Assembly: GCF_008000775.2 (NCBI RefSeq)
Contig: NZ_CP042905.2
Coordinates: forward strand, 3,000,001 to 3,032,000
Direction: 5' to 3'
Source of the DNA: Promethearchaeum syntrophicum
GTDB taxonomy: Archaea; Asgardarchaeota; Lokiarchaeia; Sigyniarchaeales; Promethearchaeaceae
DNA length: 32,000 nt
The position numbers were made by a program, and so were the translations under genes. The notes below the pieces were generated by a model, which saw only the letters and a program-made list of their open reading frames with translations, had not been told where the DNA came from and ran no database searches. Below are positions 9,304 through 17,954 of this stretch, one piece after another. Position 1 is the stretch's first letter, and each line of letters opens with the position of its first letter.

Positions 9304-11364
9304 CTATAACGTAGTTAATCCGGAGGTATTTCCATCGTATTCTTCAGGGGTGTCTGCTCCTGATTGTGGATATGCAGCAAGTGCGTAATCAAATGCATTT
9401 TCCATAAATGTTGAAGGATTGCTGCCATAATGATTAATTAAAGTATATTCTAAGAAGAAATATGTCCACATTCCATTTTGTTGGGCGGAATAATCATAAC
9501 CATAACCACTGTCTGAACAAGTTGTAGTGCAATAAACAGCATTACTGTTAGGCATGGACATTAATTCAGGTCCAAATCCACCAGAATAACAATGATCAAT
9601 AAATACAAAAACACTTTCTGCAACGGCGTTATCTAAAATTCCAGCTACTTCAGTGTCATATAAATCACCATCTTCTCCACTTTCTCCAGAAGCACAATCC
9701 CATGCACATATATATGAAGATCCTGATCCATCACCTGAACCATGACCAGAAGTAATATATGCTACATCACCTTCTTGACTTGCTAGCCATTGCAAATAGT
9801 ATTTAATATTATATTCTGTAGCATATCCATCGTATTTTGGATAATTTGTGGTATGTCCATCACCTAAAACAATTACATTTTCACTTGAATAACCGCAAAC
9901 TTGTGTGAGATAATTGAACCAATCAGTTGCATCTTCATCACAATATGAAAGATCACTTATAGCTTTATAATCAGAAATTCCAACTATTAACGCGAATTTT
10001 CCCCCAGAACTTGGGATGTTATCAACGGTGACTGATATAGAATCTTCTTCATAGTTTCCTGCTTCATCATAAGCGCGAACAGTTATTGAATGAGAGCCTT
10101 CAGAAGCTGTTGTAGTGTCCCATGACCAAGAATAAGGAGCAGTTAAATCGTCAGTCCATGCACCAGCATCAATCTTATACTGTGTTTTTACTACCCCTAC
10201 ATTATCTGTTGCGGTTGCTGAAATAGAGATGGTATCTTGGACTGTTGCACCATTAGTTGGAGCCGTAATTGATACAACGGGTTTTTCATAGTCTCCACCA
10301 CTAATTGTGTAATAACCAACTGTTGCAGTATAGGCTGTGCTTGAAGCAGATGAAGTATACATTCTTACAGCAATATAATATGTTCCAGCTGTTGTAATGG
10401 TATATGAGCATGTTTCAGGATTAGACGTCGTATATCCTCTTGCTAAATAACTTGTATAATCTGGAGATTGGCAGATATAACAATCAATGTCATTAGAATT
10501 CCCCCATGAAACCGAAACATCCATGAGTCCAGGCTCTGCATTAACTTCGTAATAATCAACTTCATAACCGGCGACAGCACCTACAAAATCACGCGATACA
10601 TGAACGGGGTTACTTGGATTATTATTTACGTTTACAGAAATTGAATCATCAGCATAATTTCCTGCCGCATCATAAGCTCGAGCGTTAATTGTATGAGTCC
10701 CATCTGAAACAGCTGTACTATCCCAACTGAATCCATATGGACTAGTTGTATCATCAGTCCAGGCACCCCCATCAATGTTGCATTGAACTTTGGTTACCCC
10801 CACATTGTCATTCGCGTCAACAGCAATTGAAATGGTTCCACTTACTGTATCTAAATTATTTGGAGATGTAATTGAAACTGTTGGATCTACAGTATCTGAA
10901 CCACCATCATCGATATAATATTTTACAGAAAGTGTATAAGCGGTTGACGAAGCCCAACGACTATACATTCGAACGGCAATGTAATAAGTCCCCTCACTCT
11001 GAATATTATAGGAGCACGTTTCAGGATTATTCGTAGTATACCCCCTTGCTAAATAATTAGTATAATCGGGTGTTGGACAAATATAGCAATCAATATCATA
11101 ACTATTCCCCCAAGATACGGAAACTTCCATCAAACCTGGGACTACATTATCAATTTGAAAATAGTCGACTTCATATCTTGCTACAGCATCATTAAATACG
11201 TCAGTTACTTGAACTGCTCGAATGCCCATTTCACTATTAAGATTTTTACGCACAATTTCGTCTGAATCTACTGCTAAACTCTGATTTTGTGCCGTAAATA
11301 CAATAGTGGTGCTTATGAACATTATCAAAATAAATAATTTAAATCGTTTACTAAAGGATTTCAT
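9304..11364 (-). CDS. secreted clan-CD (caspase/legumain-like) cysteine peptidase with two N-terminal PPC + Ig-like modules
   Basis: Signal peptide MKSFSKRFKLFILIMFISTTIVFTAQ from the ATG at 11364 (the ORF track extends to 11436). Two repeats each combine a pre-peptidase-C-terminal-like domain (YEVDY...DIDCYIC...GTYYIAVRMY) and a bacterial-Ig-like domain (VSITSP...DNVGV...AYDAAGN). The C-terminal caspase-like domain reads FALIVGISDY...ITSGHGSG...FVFIDHCYSGGF, giving a His/Cys dyad. Confidence 0.75.
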   Translation of the reverse strand: MKSFSKRFKLFILIMFISTTIVFTAQNQSLAVDSDEIVRKNLNSEMGIRAVQVTDVFNDAVARYEVDYFQIDNVVPGLMEVSVSWGNSYDIDCYICPTPDYTNYLARGYTTNNPETCSYNIQSEGTYYIAVRMYSRWASSTAYTLSVKYYIDDGGSDTVDPTVSITSPNNLDTVSGTISIAVDANDNVGVTKVQCNIDGGAWTDDTTSPYGFSWDSTAVSDGTHTINARAYDAAGNYADDSISVNVNNNPSNPVHVSRDFVGAVAGYEVDYYEVNAEPGLMDVSVSWGNSNDIDCYICQSPDYTSYLARGYTTSNPETCSYTITTAGTYYIAVRMYTSSASSTAYTATVGYYTISGGDYEKPVVSITAPTNGATVQDTISISATATDNVGVVKTQYKIDAGAWTDDLTAPYSWSWDTTTASEGSHSITVRAYDEAGNYEEDSISVTVDNIPSSGGKFALIVGISDYKAISDLSYCDEDATDWFNYLTQVCGYSSENVIVLGDGHTTNYPKYDGYATEYNIKYYLQWLASQEGDVAYITSGHGSGDGSGSSYICAWDCASGESGEDGDLYDTEVAGILDNAVAESVFVFIDHCYSGGFGPELMSMPNSNAVYCTTTCSDSGYGYDYSAQQNGMWTYFFLEYTLINHYGSNPSTFMENAFDYALAAYPQSGADTPEEYDGNTSGLTTL
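10024..11175 (-). repeat. intragenic tandem duplication, two units with a period of about 609 nt (203 aa) encoding PPC + Ig-like modules
   Basis: Residues about 88-270 and 291-471 of the protease align end to end, for example SVSWGNSYDIDCYICPTPDYTNYLARGYTTNNPETCSY against SVSWGNSNDIDCYICQSPDYTSYLARGYTTSNPETCSY. Confidence 0.85.
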
Positions 11365-11614
11365 AATATCATCTTCTAACAATTGGAAAAAACCCAATCC
11401 GAGATAATAAAATAAGATTTTGAAAGGTTTTTCCAATTGTTAAATATTTTAATAAATAGATTTATAAATTTATGGATCTTTTTTATATTAATATATAAAT
11501 ATTAAAAAAAAAATCCCACAAAATATAAAAAAAAAGGATTTTATTTTTTTCATTTAAAAGGAAAAAAATAATTTTTAAGTAGAATACCGACAAAATTAGA
11601 TTAGGGAAAAATTT

Positions 11615-12181
11615 ATGCGGAAAAATAAATTATTTTTGTGTTTGTTATTAGTAAGTATTCTCGGAATTTCGACATTCGGAAACGCTACTGCCTATAATAA
11701 TCGTAATGTTGAACTCTCTGATGAAGTTTACCTAATAGTTAGTGCCGAGTACCCTGAATCTGAAGATGATGGGCCGGAAGATCCACCTGAACTTTTACCT
11801 AATGACGAAATTATAGAATTTATAAATGCGACCTATTATGATATTGATGGTGACGGGTCTGAAGATGATGTCCTAACTGATTTCATTTTTAGAGTTCCTA
11901 CTGGAAACTTTGCATTTATGAGATGTGATATATATGTCGAATTAGAATTACCATCAACAACAACATTTTATGCCTATTTCAGATTTTTCGGAGCATTTAG
12001 TGAAGTTGCATTCTTCTTGGATTGGATTAATGTTGCAACTGAGGGTGGAGATTATATATTCACTGTTGTAATTGATTATGTTGGAACAGATATAACGGGA
12101 TATCCCTTATCAGGAATTATTTCAGATTTTATTGTGTTTGATCCACCAGTTAACGGTCCTATAGGTGGATTTCCTGGTTGA
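11615..12181 (+). CDS. small secreted acidic protein, function unknown
   Basis: Signal peptide MRKNKLFLCLLLVSILGISTFGNATA, an acidic Pro/Glu/Asp stretch, and a DxDxDG-type loop YYDIDGDGSEDD. No family was recognised. Confidence 0.5.
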   Translation: MRKNKLFLCLLLVSILGISTFGNATAYNNRNVELSDEVYLIVSAEYPESEDDGPEDPPELLPNDEIIEFINATYYDIDGDGSEDDVLTDFIFRVPTGNFAFMRCDIYVELELPSTTTFYAYFRFFGAFSEVAFFLDWINVATEGGDYIFTVVIDYVGTDITGYPLSGIISDFIVFDPPVNGPIGGFPG

Positions 12182-12334
12182 ATATTATTTAATAATTTTT
12201 TTTTCTCCAAAATAGAAAAATGTTAGAGTAATCTAATACTCAATTAGATGATTGTTCGAGAATCTTAGTAATAAATAAATATTATTTTACTACTAATGTG
12301 TTAAATTCTTATCAAAAAAAAAAAAGATAAAAAA

Positions 12335-13522
12335 ATGACTTCAAATCGTACTTTTTCACCTCAAGAAATGAATGTTTTAATCGCTCTACAAGAAAAACCA
12401 AGTGCAACTTTGGAAGAATTAGCAAGAGTAACATCTTTTGGCACATCTCTTGTTTATAAAATCTTAAAAAGATTAACTGAAACTAAAATTCATGAAAAAC
12501 CCGCATTCAGCATTACTGCTCATCCAAATCAATTTGCTTTGGGTTTAGAAGTTATCGATGTAATTGTTAAGTGTAAGAACTTATCTCAAATTCAAATTAT
12601 GCACCAACTTTCAATAATCCATCCATATACAATTTATAGGGCAAAATGCTTTGGGGAAGTGAATGGTATTTTCTTTCAATTTAGAATTCCAATAGGGACA
12701 AAACAATTTATCGAGGCATTATTTTCAAGACTAAAAGAGAAAAAATATATTGAAAGTTACCAAATTCTTGAATTCGGTGCTAAAAATGTGATCTATACTA
12801 CCGTTAAATTAGAATCTTGGAATTTAGAACAATTATCCTGGAATTTTAATTGGAATAATTGGTTCCAAACAGAAATTGAACTTTCACAGAAAGATAAATC
12901 AATTCAGAAAAAATCCGAAAAAAATCTTCAAAATACAGTTCGGCACCCAGGATATATAAAAAAATGGTTTAAAAAGCGCGACGTTGCTATACTTAATGAA
13001 TGTGTAATTGATGCTAGAAGAAAAAATAAGGAAATTATGGATGTACTTGAGACGAAAAATCAAATTAATTTCTCACCCCAGTCTTTCAGTCGAAGATTTA
13101 TGAAAATCAAGGAAGAGTGTATTGATTTTTATAGGGTTTTCATTGATCCCAACGCTTTTCAACTAATTACTCCAGTGCTTATTCTAGGAAAAGGTGAAAA
13201 AATGGAAATTAAAAAATTAGTAATACGATTGCAGAAAGATCCCATTCCCTTTAATTCCGTTTTAAAATCGAAAAATTCTCATTTTTTCTGGTATTTACAT
13301 CTCCCTTCACTCTATCTTACACAAATATTACATAAATTACAAGCAATTTTAACTGAAATACAGTTTTTCTACATTGATGTGGGAACTGTCAAATCATGGG
13401 GAATGTGGCATGAAACATATGATAATGATAACCATGATTGGATTCATACCCATGAATTCATGGTGGATGATGTTTTAATTGGAATCTCGAAATTTGCTAA
13501 AGATAATATTGTAAAAGAATAA
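12335..13522 (+). CDS. putative transcription regulator with two winged-HTH (Lrp/AsnC- or TrmB-like) modules
   Basis: N-terminal wHTH MNVLIALQEKPSATLEELARVTSFGTSLVYKILKRL followed by an Lrp-like effector-type segment. A second HTH-like unit begins around RDVAILNECVIDARRKNKEIMDVLE. Confidence 0.55.
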   Translation: MTSNRTFSPQEMNVLIALQEKPSATLEELARVTSFGTSLVYKILKRLTETKIHEKPAFSITAHPNQFALGLEVIDVIVKCKNLSQIQIMHQLSIIHPYTIYRAKCFGEVNGIFFQFRIPIGTKQFIEALFSRLKEKKYIESYQILEFGAKNVIYTTVKLESWNLEQLSWNFNWNNWFQTEIELSQKDKSIQKKSEKNLQNTVRHPGYIKKWFKKRDVAILNECVIDARRKNKEIMDVLETKNQINFSPQSFSRRFMKIKEECIDFYRVFIDPNAFQLITPVLILGKGEKMEIKKLVIRLQKDPIPFNSVLKSKNSHFFWYLHLPSLYLTQILHKLQAILTEIQFFYIDVGTVKSWGMWHETYDNDNHDWIHTHEFMVDDVLIGISKFAKDNIVKE

Positions 13523-13572
13523 TCCAAAAAAAAAACAATAAAAATGGAAATTTATTGCGTTATATTTTATAT

Positions 13573-14076
13573 TTATTTTTCTAAATAATAGAGTATTTCT
13601 TCCTCTAAAGTATCCTTATATTCAGGATTTTCATCAATTTTCCCTAAACAATCTCCCGTTTTATTAAAAATATACATTGCTGGAATATGAAACATATCAA
13701 ATTTTAGATCTATGGCTTCTGGAGGACTTGGAGGTGAAATCCATATAGGTTTCCCTTTTTCACGTGCATATGGTGCTTTAACCTTAATATTTGATAAAAC
13801 TTCTACTTTGAAACGTTCATCTTTTACTGTATCATCAATTTTAGCAAGTTCAGGTAAGTTCTTTACGCAATCTTTGCACCATGAAGCACCAAAAGCAACT
13901 ATCGTAATTTTTTCAGCATTTTTATCTAAAAAATCTTTAATTTTATTAGTTTTTTCTAAATTAGGATGATATTTACGAAAATTTCCTTTGTAAAGTTCAT
14001 TAGATGCAATGTAATCCTTACTTGGAGTCGTTTTTGATTTTATATCAGATAATTTTAATTTTTCTTTGTCGAACAT
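13573..14076 (-). CDS. thioredoxin-fold protein (WCxxC active site)
   Basis: TIVAFGASWCKDCVKNLPELAKI carries the WCKDC redox motif in a thioredoxin/TlpA-like context. There is an N-terminal extension of about 60 aa. Confidence 0.75.
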   Translation of the reverse strand: MFDKEKLKLSDIKSKTTPSKDYIASNELYKGNFRKYHPNLEKTNKIKDFLDKNAEKITIVAFGASWCKDCVKNLPELAKIDDTVKDERFKVEVLSNIKVKAPYAREKGKPIWISPPSPPEAIDLKFDMFHIPAMYIFNKTGDCLGKIDENPEYKDTLEEEILYYLEK

Positions 14077-14533
14077 AATTAAAAGTTAATTCCAACGAAT
14101 AAATTTTCACTGATTTTGATTCATAAGTTAAAAAGAGATTTTATTTATGTTTTGCAAGATTTTGCGCTTGGTTATTGGATTCTTTAAACGGGTTGAATTT
14201 CCTCAACCATCTCACAAAAGGGGAAACTTCTCTTAGATGCTGCATCCCGAACGAATTTCCTTCGATAGAAAGGAAAAATACAAATTGCCCGTTTGAAAAC
14301 ATTTTTACTATTATTAAGAGCACTTTTAAAAACATTTTTTTCTTTTGTGTTATGTGTTTCCATACTAGTTTTAATTTTAATGCTGTTTATAAATCCACAT
14401 AATATCACCATTATATCTGCAGAATTCTAAGGTTTATTCTGATAATTGGTTATAAAATTTGATTTTATCTTAGAATTTATTAAATCAAATTTAACATTCA
14501 AGCGAAAACTCTAAAATCAAGAGTAAAAAATAA

Positions 14534-14607
14534 TGCTTCGGGTCGGATTTGAACCAACGATGCCTGGATCTTCAGTCCAGTGCCTTCCCGAGCTAGGCCA
14601 CCGAAGC
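14534..14607 (-). tRNA. tRNA-Phe (anticodon GAA)
   Basis: The reverse complement folds by hand into a cloverleaf: acceptor GCTTCGG/CCGAAGC, D arm GCCT/AGGC, anticodon stem CTGGA/TCCAG with loop CTGAAGA (GAA), T arm GTTGG-TTCAAAT-CCGAC, discriminator A. Length is 74 nt and CCA is not encoded. Confidence 0.9.
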
Positions 14608-14848
14608 ATATTTGGGATTTATCCATTTACGTCAATTTTTAAAGATATAAAATGTTTAAGTTGACAGAAATGATTCAATCTTAAATTACCTAATTTTGCA
14701 TATTATTAAAGATTTTCTACAATCGTTCCAATTCGAATTAAAAGTTTTCTCTTTTTGCATATCTCTTCTTTCTTTCATCTTAATAGATCATTTCATGGAA
14801 ATAATGAGATAAGAAATAAAAAAAAAACAAAATTGAAATAATTAATTT

Positions 14849-16438
14849 TTATCGAGCTTTCTTTGCTTTATGAACCTCTTTTCCAGCATTTCTTAAAGCT
14901 TTTGGTAAAGCTTTCGTATATGCTTGTTGTTCTATTTTATTTTTTGCCTCAGTGGCTTCTTTAATTTTTGATATTATCATAGTTAATTCAGCTTTAGTTC
15001 CATCGGAAAGAAATTTCGCTTCTTTAACCAATATACTCTCGGCTCGTTTAATATTCAATTCTGTTATTCGGTTTTGTATTTTTCTCTCTTGGCGTTTTGC
15101 TTTCTGAACATTTCCAGTTATTGACATAGCAGTCGTTCCTTTTAATCCCATTTCTATAATCATTAATTGAATATTTCGATGCCCACCTAGTACTTCAATT
15201 AATCTTGATAAATTTTCTAGTCGATTAATGCTCGAATTGGAATTAAACTCACTGATAGAACCACGTCCACCCATTGTTTGAACTACTTCATATGCAGCTT
15301 GATTATAAAATTTACTAATTAAATATTTTCCTTGTGCTGCTTGAACGGCTACACTTCCTTCATCTGTTGGATTAGGTTTTTCCCCATGATGGATTTTGTT
15401 ACCCACCTTTTTATCATAAAAATCAGCAATCTGGAACGCAAAGGCTGTGTATGCTGCAGCTTTAGAATAAATATCGTCTAAAGTATGGCTGATTCCTTGA
15501 TTTTTAAATAAAGGTTTTCCAAATTGATGCCGAATTTGAGAGTAAATTACACCATGTGCAAGCGCACTCCAAATTCCTGCAATCCCCGCACCAATAATTG
15601 CTACTCGTTCGGGAGTAAGCCCACGGAATAATCGTTTATAACCTTCACCTGGTTTTGCTAACATTCGGTCTGCAGGAACAGTAACATTATCATATGTTAC
15701 TTTTCCAACACCAATGCCCTCCGCCCCCGGGATTCTTAAACGTTCTGTTTTTAATCCTTCATCTCCACGCTCGAATAAAGTGAGCATCATAGTCATTCGA
15801 GGATTTGAAATGTCAGTAACTCCATATGAGCTAAAATAATCAGCTACAGCACCATTTGTTGTATATATTTTGGTCCCATTGTAGGTAATCGAGCCATCAT
15901 CGCCAATATTGGCTTGCATTTTCATGTTTACCGCATCTGAGCCGTGATCAATTTCGGTAATCCCAATCCCACCAATAGATTGCCCGTTATATATTTTTTT
16001 TAATGCTTTTTCTTGAATCTCTGTTCGATTCGGATTATGAAATAAGGAATTTCCTACCAGGATAGAAGACGCGGTTGCTGCCATATCAGCTTCAGGGCTT
16101 AAGGATACATTACAGAGGTTAAGGAGCATTTGTCTTTTACATGACCCTTCATTGCCATCATAAGGGTTCATTCGCTGGAGTTGATAATTTTCACCCCATT
16201 TTGGAAAAAGGGCGTATGCATCTCCATTTTTATAGGCTTCATTTGAAAAAGAAACGAGTTTTACATTCTTTTCTTGGAAATCTGATACCATATCTCTTTC
16301 CTCCTTAGATAATATGGGAAATAGATTGGCGTTGATAAATGAATAACGATTTTTTAAGTTGAGTGCTTTCTCGTAATTTTTTTCTAAGAGATTAGTATAA
16401 AGTGCTTCATTAATGTTTAGTTTCAATTTTTTCACCAT
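14849..16438 (-). CDS. acyl-CoA dehydrogenase family protein with N-terminal and Lys-rich C-terminal extensions
   Basis: ACAD motifs GIGITEIDHGSDAVNMK, YNGTKIYTTNGAVADYF, RHQFGKPLFKNQGISHTLDDIY and VQTMGGRGSISEF. It is 529 aa, whereas I recall typical ACADs at roughly 380 aa. Confidence 0.85.
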   Translation of the reverse strand: MVKKLKLNINEALYTNLLEKNYEKALNLKNRYSFINANLFPILSKEERDMVSDFQEKNVKLVSFSNEAYKNGDAYALFPKWGENYQLQRMNPYDGNEGSCKRQMLLNLCNVSLSPEADMAATASSILVGNSLFHNPNRTEIQEKALKKIYNGQSIGGIGITEIDHGSDAVNMKMQANIGDDGSITYNGTKIYTTNGAVADYFSSYGVTDISNPRMTMMLTLFERGDEGLKTERLRIPGAEGIGVGKVTYDNVTVPADRMLAKPGEGYKRLFRGLTPERVAIIGAGIAGIWSALAHGVIYSQIRHQFGKPLFKNQGISHTLDDIYSKAAAYTAFAFQIADFYDKKVGNKIHHGEKPNPTDEGSVAVQAAQGKYLISKFYNQAAYEVVQTMGGRGSISEFNSNSSINRLENLSRLIEVLGGHRNIQLMIIEMGLKGTTAMSITGNVQKAKRQERKIQNRITELNIKRAESILVKEAKFLSDGTKAELTMIISKIKEATEAKNKIEQQAYTKALPKALRNAGKEVHKAKKAR

Positions 16439-16989
16439 GGTTTTCTTTGATTATTCTATAATCAAATTTACCCAAATTTTTCTTTCTTTTTGACAATTTA
16501 AATGATTTGCTAAAAATTCTATGAAGAATGTGAATTAATCAAGTAAGGATTATTCTTCAGAATTTTTTTATTGATTTTTTACAAAATTAGGATCTTTCTT
16601 GAAGTGAATTTGTTCTTATGAAAATTCAGGGATAATGGTAAGGAAATCTTCCACTAGCTTATTGGTTCGCATCTTTGGGAAAAAAACCCTTCTCTTTAGT
16701 TTTTATGTGCCTTCTTTTCATTTTTCTTTTCACCTTTTTTTTAGGATATTAATTTCTGTTTGAAAAAAATTTTTAATTTTTAATGAAATAACTGTTTTCC
16801 GGTTCTGATAAATAAACATTCTTTTCATTGTCAAGTTTCATTTTTGGGTGTGCCATATTTTTCTATTCTCCTGGTTCTTGTTTGAATATTTCTTGCAAGT
16901 AATAATCATTCTTTATTCGTTCAGATCTCGAAGTTTTCTTTTTTTCATTATTCATTGTTTCTCACCTAAATTTCGTAGTTTATTTTCTA

Positions 16990-17056
16990 TTCGAATTTTA
17001 AAATAAATCGAATATTCGAAAATAAACGTTCGAAATTAATATACTAAAACGAATAT
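16990..17056. promoter_or_regulatory. array of TTCGAA / TCGAATATTCGA palindromic elements upstream of the wHTH gene
   Basis: TTCGAA at 16990-16995, the perfect 12-bp palindrome TCGAATATTCGA at 17008-17019, TTCGAA at 17029-17034, and a CGAATAT half-site within 17047-17056. Spacing is about 20 bp. An AT-rich TATA-like stretch (ATAAATATTTAAAT) follows, before the GTG start at 17143. Confidence 0.3.
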
Positions 17057-17142
17057 AAATATTTAAATGTATCCAACCTCTAATCTATTTAGGAGAAAAT
17101 ATATTATTAAAATATAGACTAAATTCAAAAAGTGATATACTC

Positions 17143-17868
17143 GTGAGTGTTAAAAGCAAAATCAAAGAAAATACCGACAAAAAGAAAAGAAAAAAGGACG
17201 ATCTCTTTAAATCTCAAATTAACTATCAATTGTGGGGTTTATTTTCAATGTATAAACGATTATCTTTAAGTGAACTCTCAGACAAACTGAAAAAATCGAA
17301 ATCTACAATTCACCCTTATATAAAAGATTATTTAGAAAGAGATATAATTGAAGTGAAAGAAGAGAAACAAGTACGTGGCAATATCAAGGCTAAAATTTAT
17401 GGGTTTAAAAAAGGATACCATGAAAGAATTTTTTCCTGCTCCAATGATAAAAATTGCTTAGAGAAAAAAGAATTCGATAAAGAGTTTGGGAATAAAATAG
17501 TTCGAGAAAATATTATGAAAACAAAATTGTATATTAAAAATTTAGAAACTCAACTTAAATTCTTTGAAAAAATCCTAAATTCAGGAATTAATGGCCCGGA
17601 TGAGCGTGCGTTAAATATTCTTAAAGAAATTTATGAGTTAGACCCAGCAAAAAATTCAATGTTCAAAAAGAAAAGTGTTTATAGTATCGTCGCTTACAAT
17701 AGCAAGGATTCTCACCATCTATTACATCAAATGATGAATGAGCTGGTAATAAAATTCAATGAGGCAACAGCTGGGGAAGAAGACGAATTCCCGGATCTTG
17801 AAAAGCCGTATTATTTCTTATCCTTTGGCATGCCTCTTAAAAAGATGATGGAATATCTGAAATCTTAA
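17143..17868 (+). CDS. winged-HTH (ArsR/MarR-like) DNA-binding protein, function unknown
   Basis: HTH-like segment LSLSELSDKLKKSKSTIHPYIKDYLERDIIEV followed by a beta-wing-like VRGNIKAKIYGF. The start is a GTG and the start position is uncertain. Confidence 0.5.
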   Translation: MSVKSKIKENTDKKKRKKDDLFKSQINYQLWGLFSMYKRLSLSELSDKLKKSKSTIHPYIKDYLERDIIEVKEEKQVRGNIKAKIYGFKKGYHERIFSCSNDKNCLEKKEFDKEFGNKIVRENIMKTKLYIKNLETQLKFFEKILNSGINGPDERALNILKEIYELDPAKNSMFKKKSVYSIVAYNSKDSHHLLHQMMNELVIKFNEATAGEEDEFPDLEKPYYFLSFGMPLKKMMEYLKS

Positions 17869-17894
17869 TTAAAAATCTTCCATGTAATTCTTTC

Positions 17895-17902
17895 TTTTTT
17901 TT
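17895..17902 (+). terminator. oligo-T tract downstream of the wHTH gene
   Basis: A T8 run within TTTCTTTTTTTTATTTT, about 27 nt after the stop codon at 17868. Confidence 0.4.
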
Positions 17903-17954
17903 ATTTTCTTCAAATTCTTCATTAATAATAGTTGAAAAAATAATAATACCGCTT

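Noticed and set aside
14411-14850. tRNA-Phe as a possible integration site. I looked by eye for a direct repeat of the tRNA 3' half and for an adjacent integrase.
   Set aside because: I saw no repeat of the tRNA 3' segment in the window, and no integrase or phage-like genes flank it. An exact-match search would be needed to be certain.
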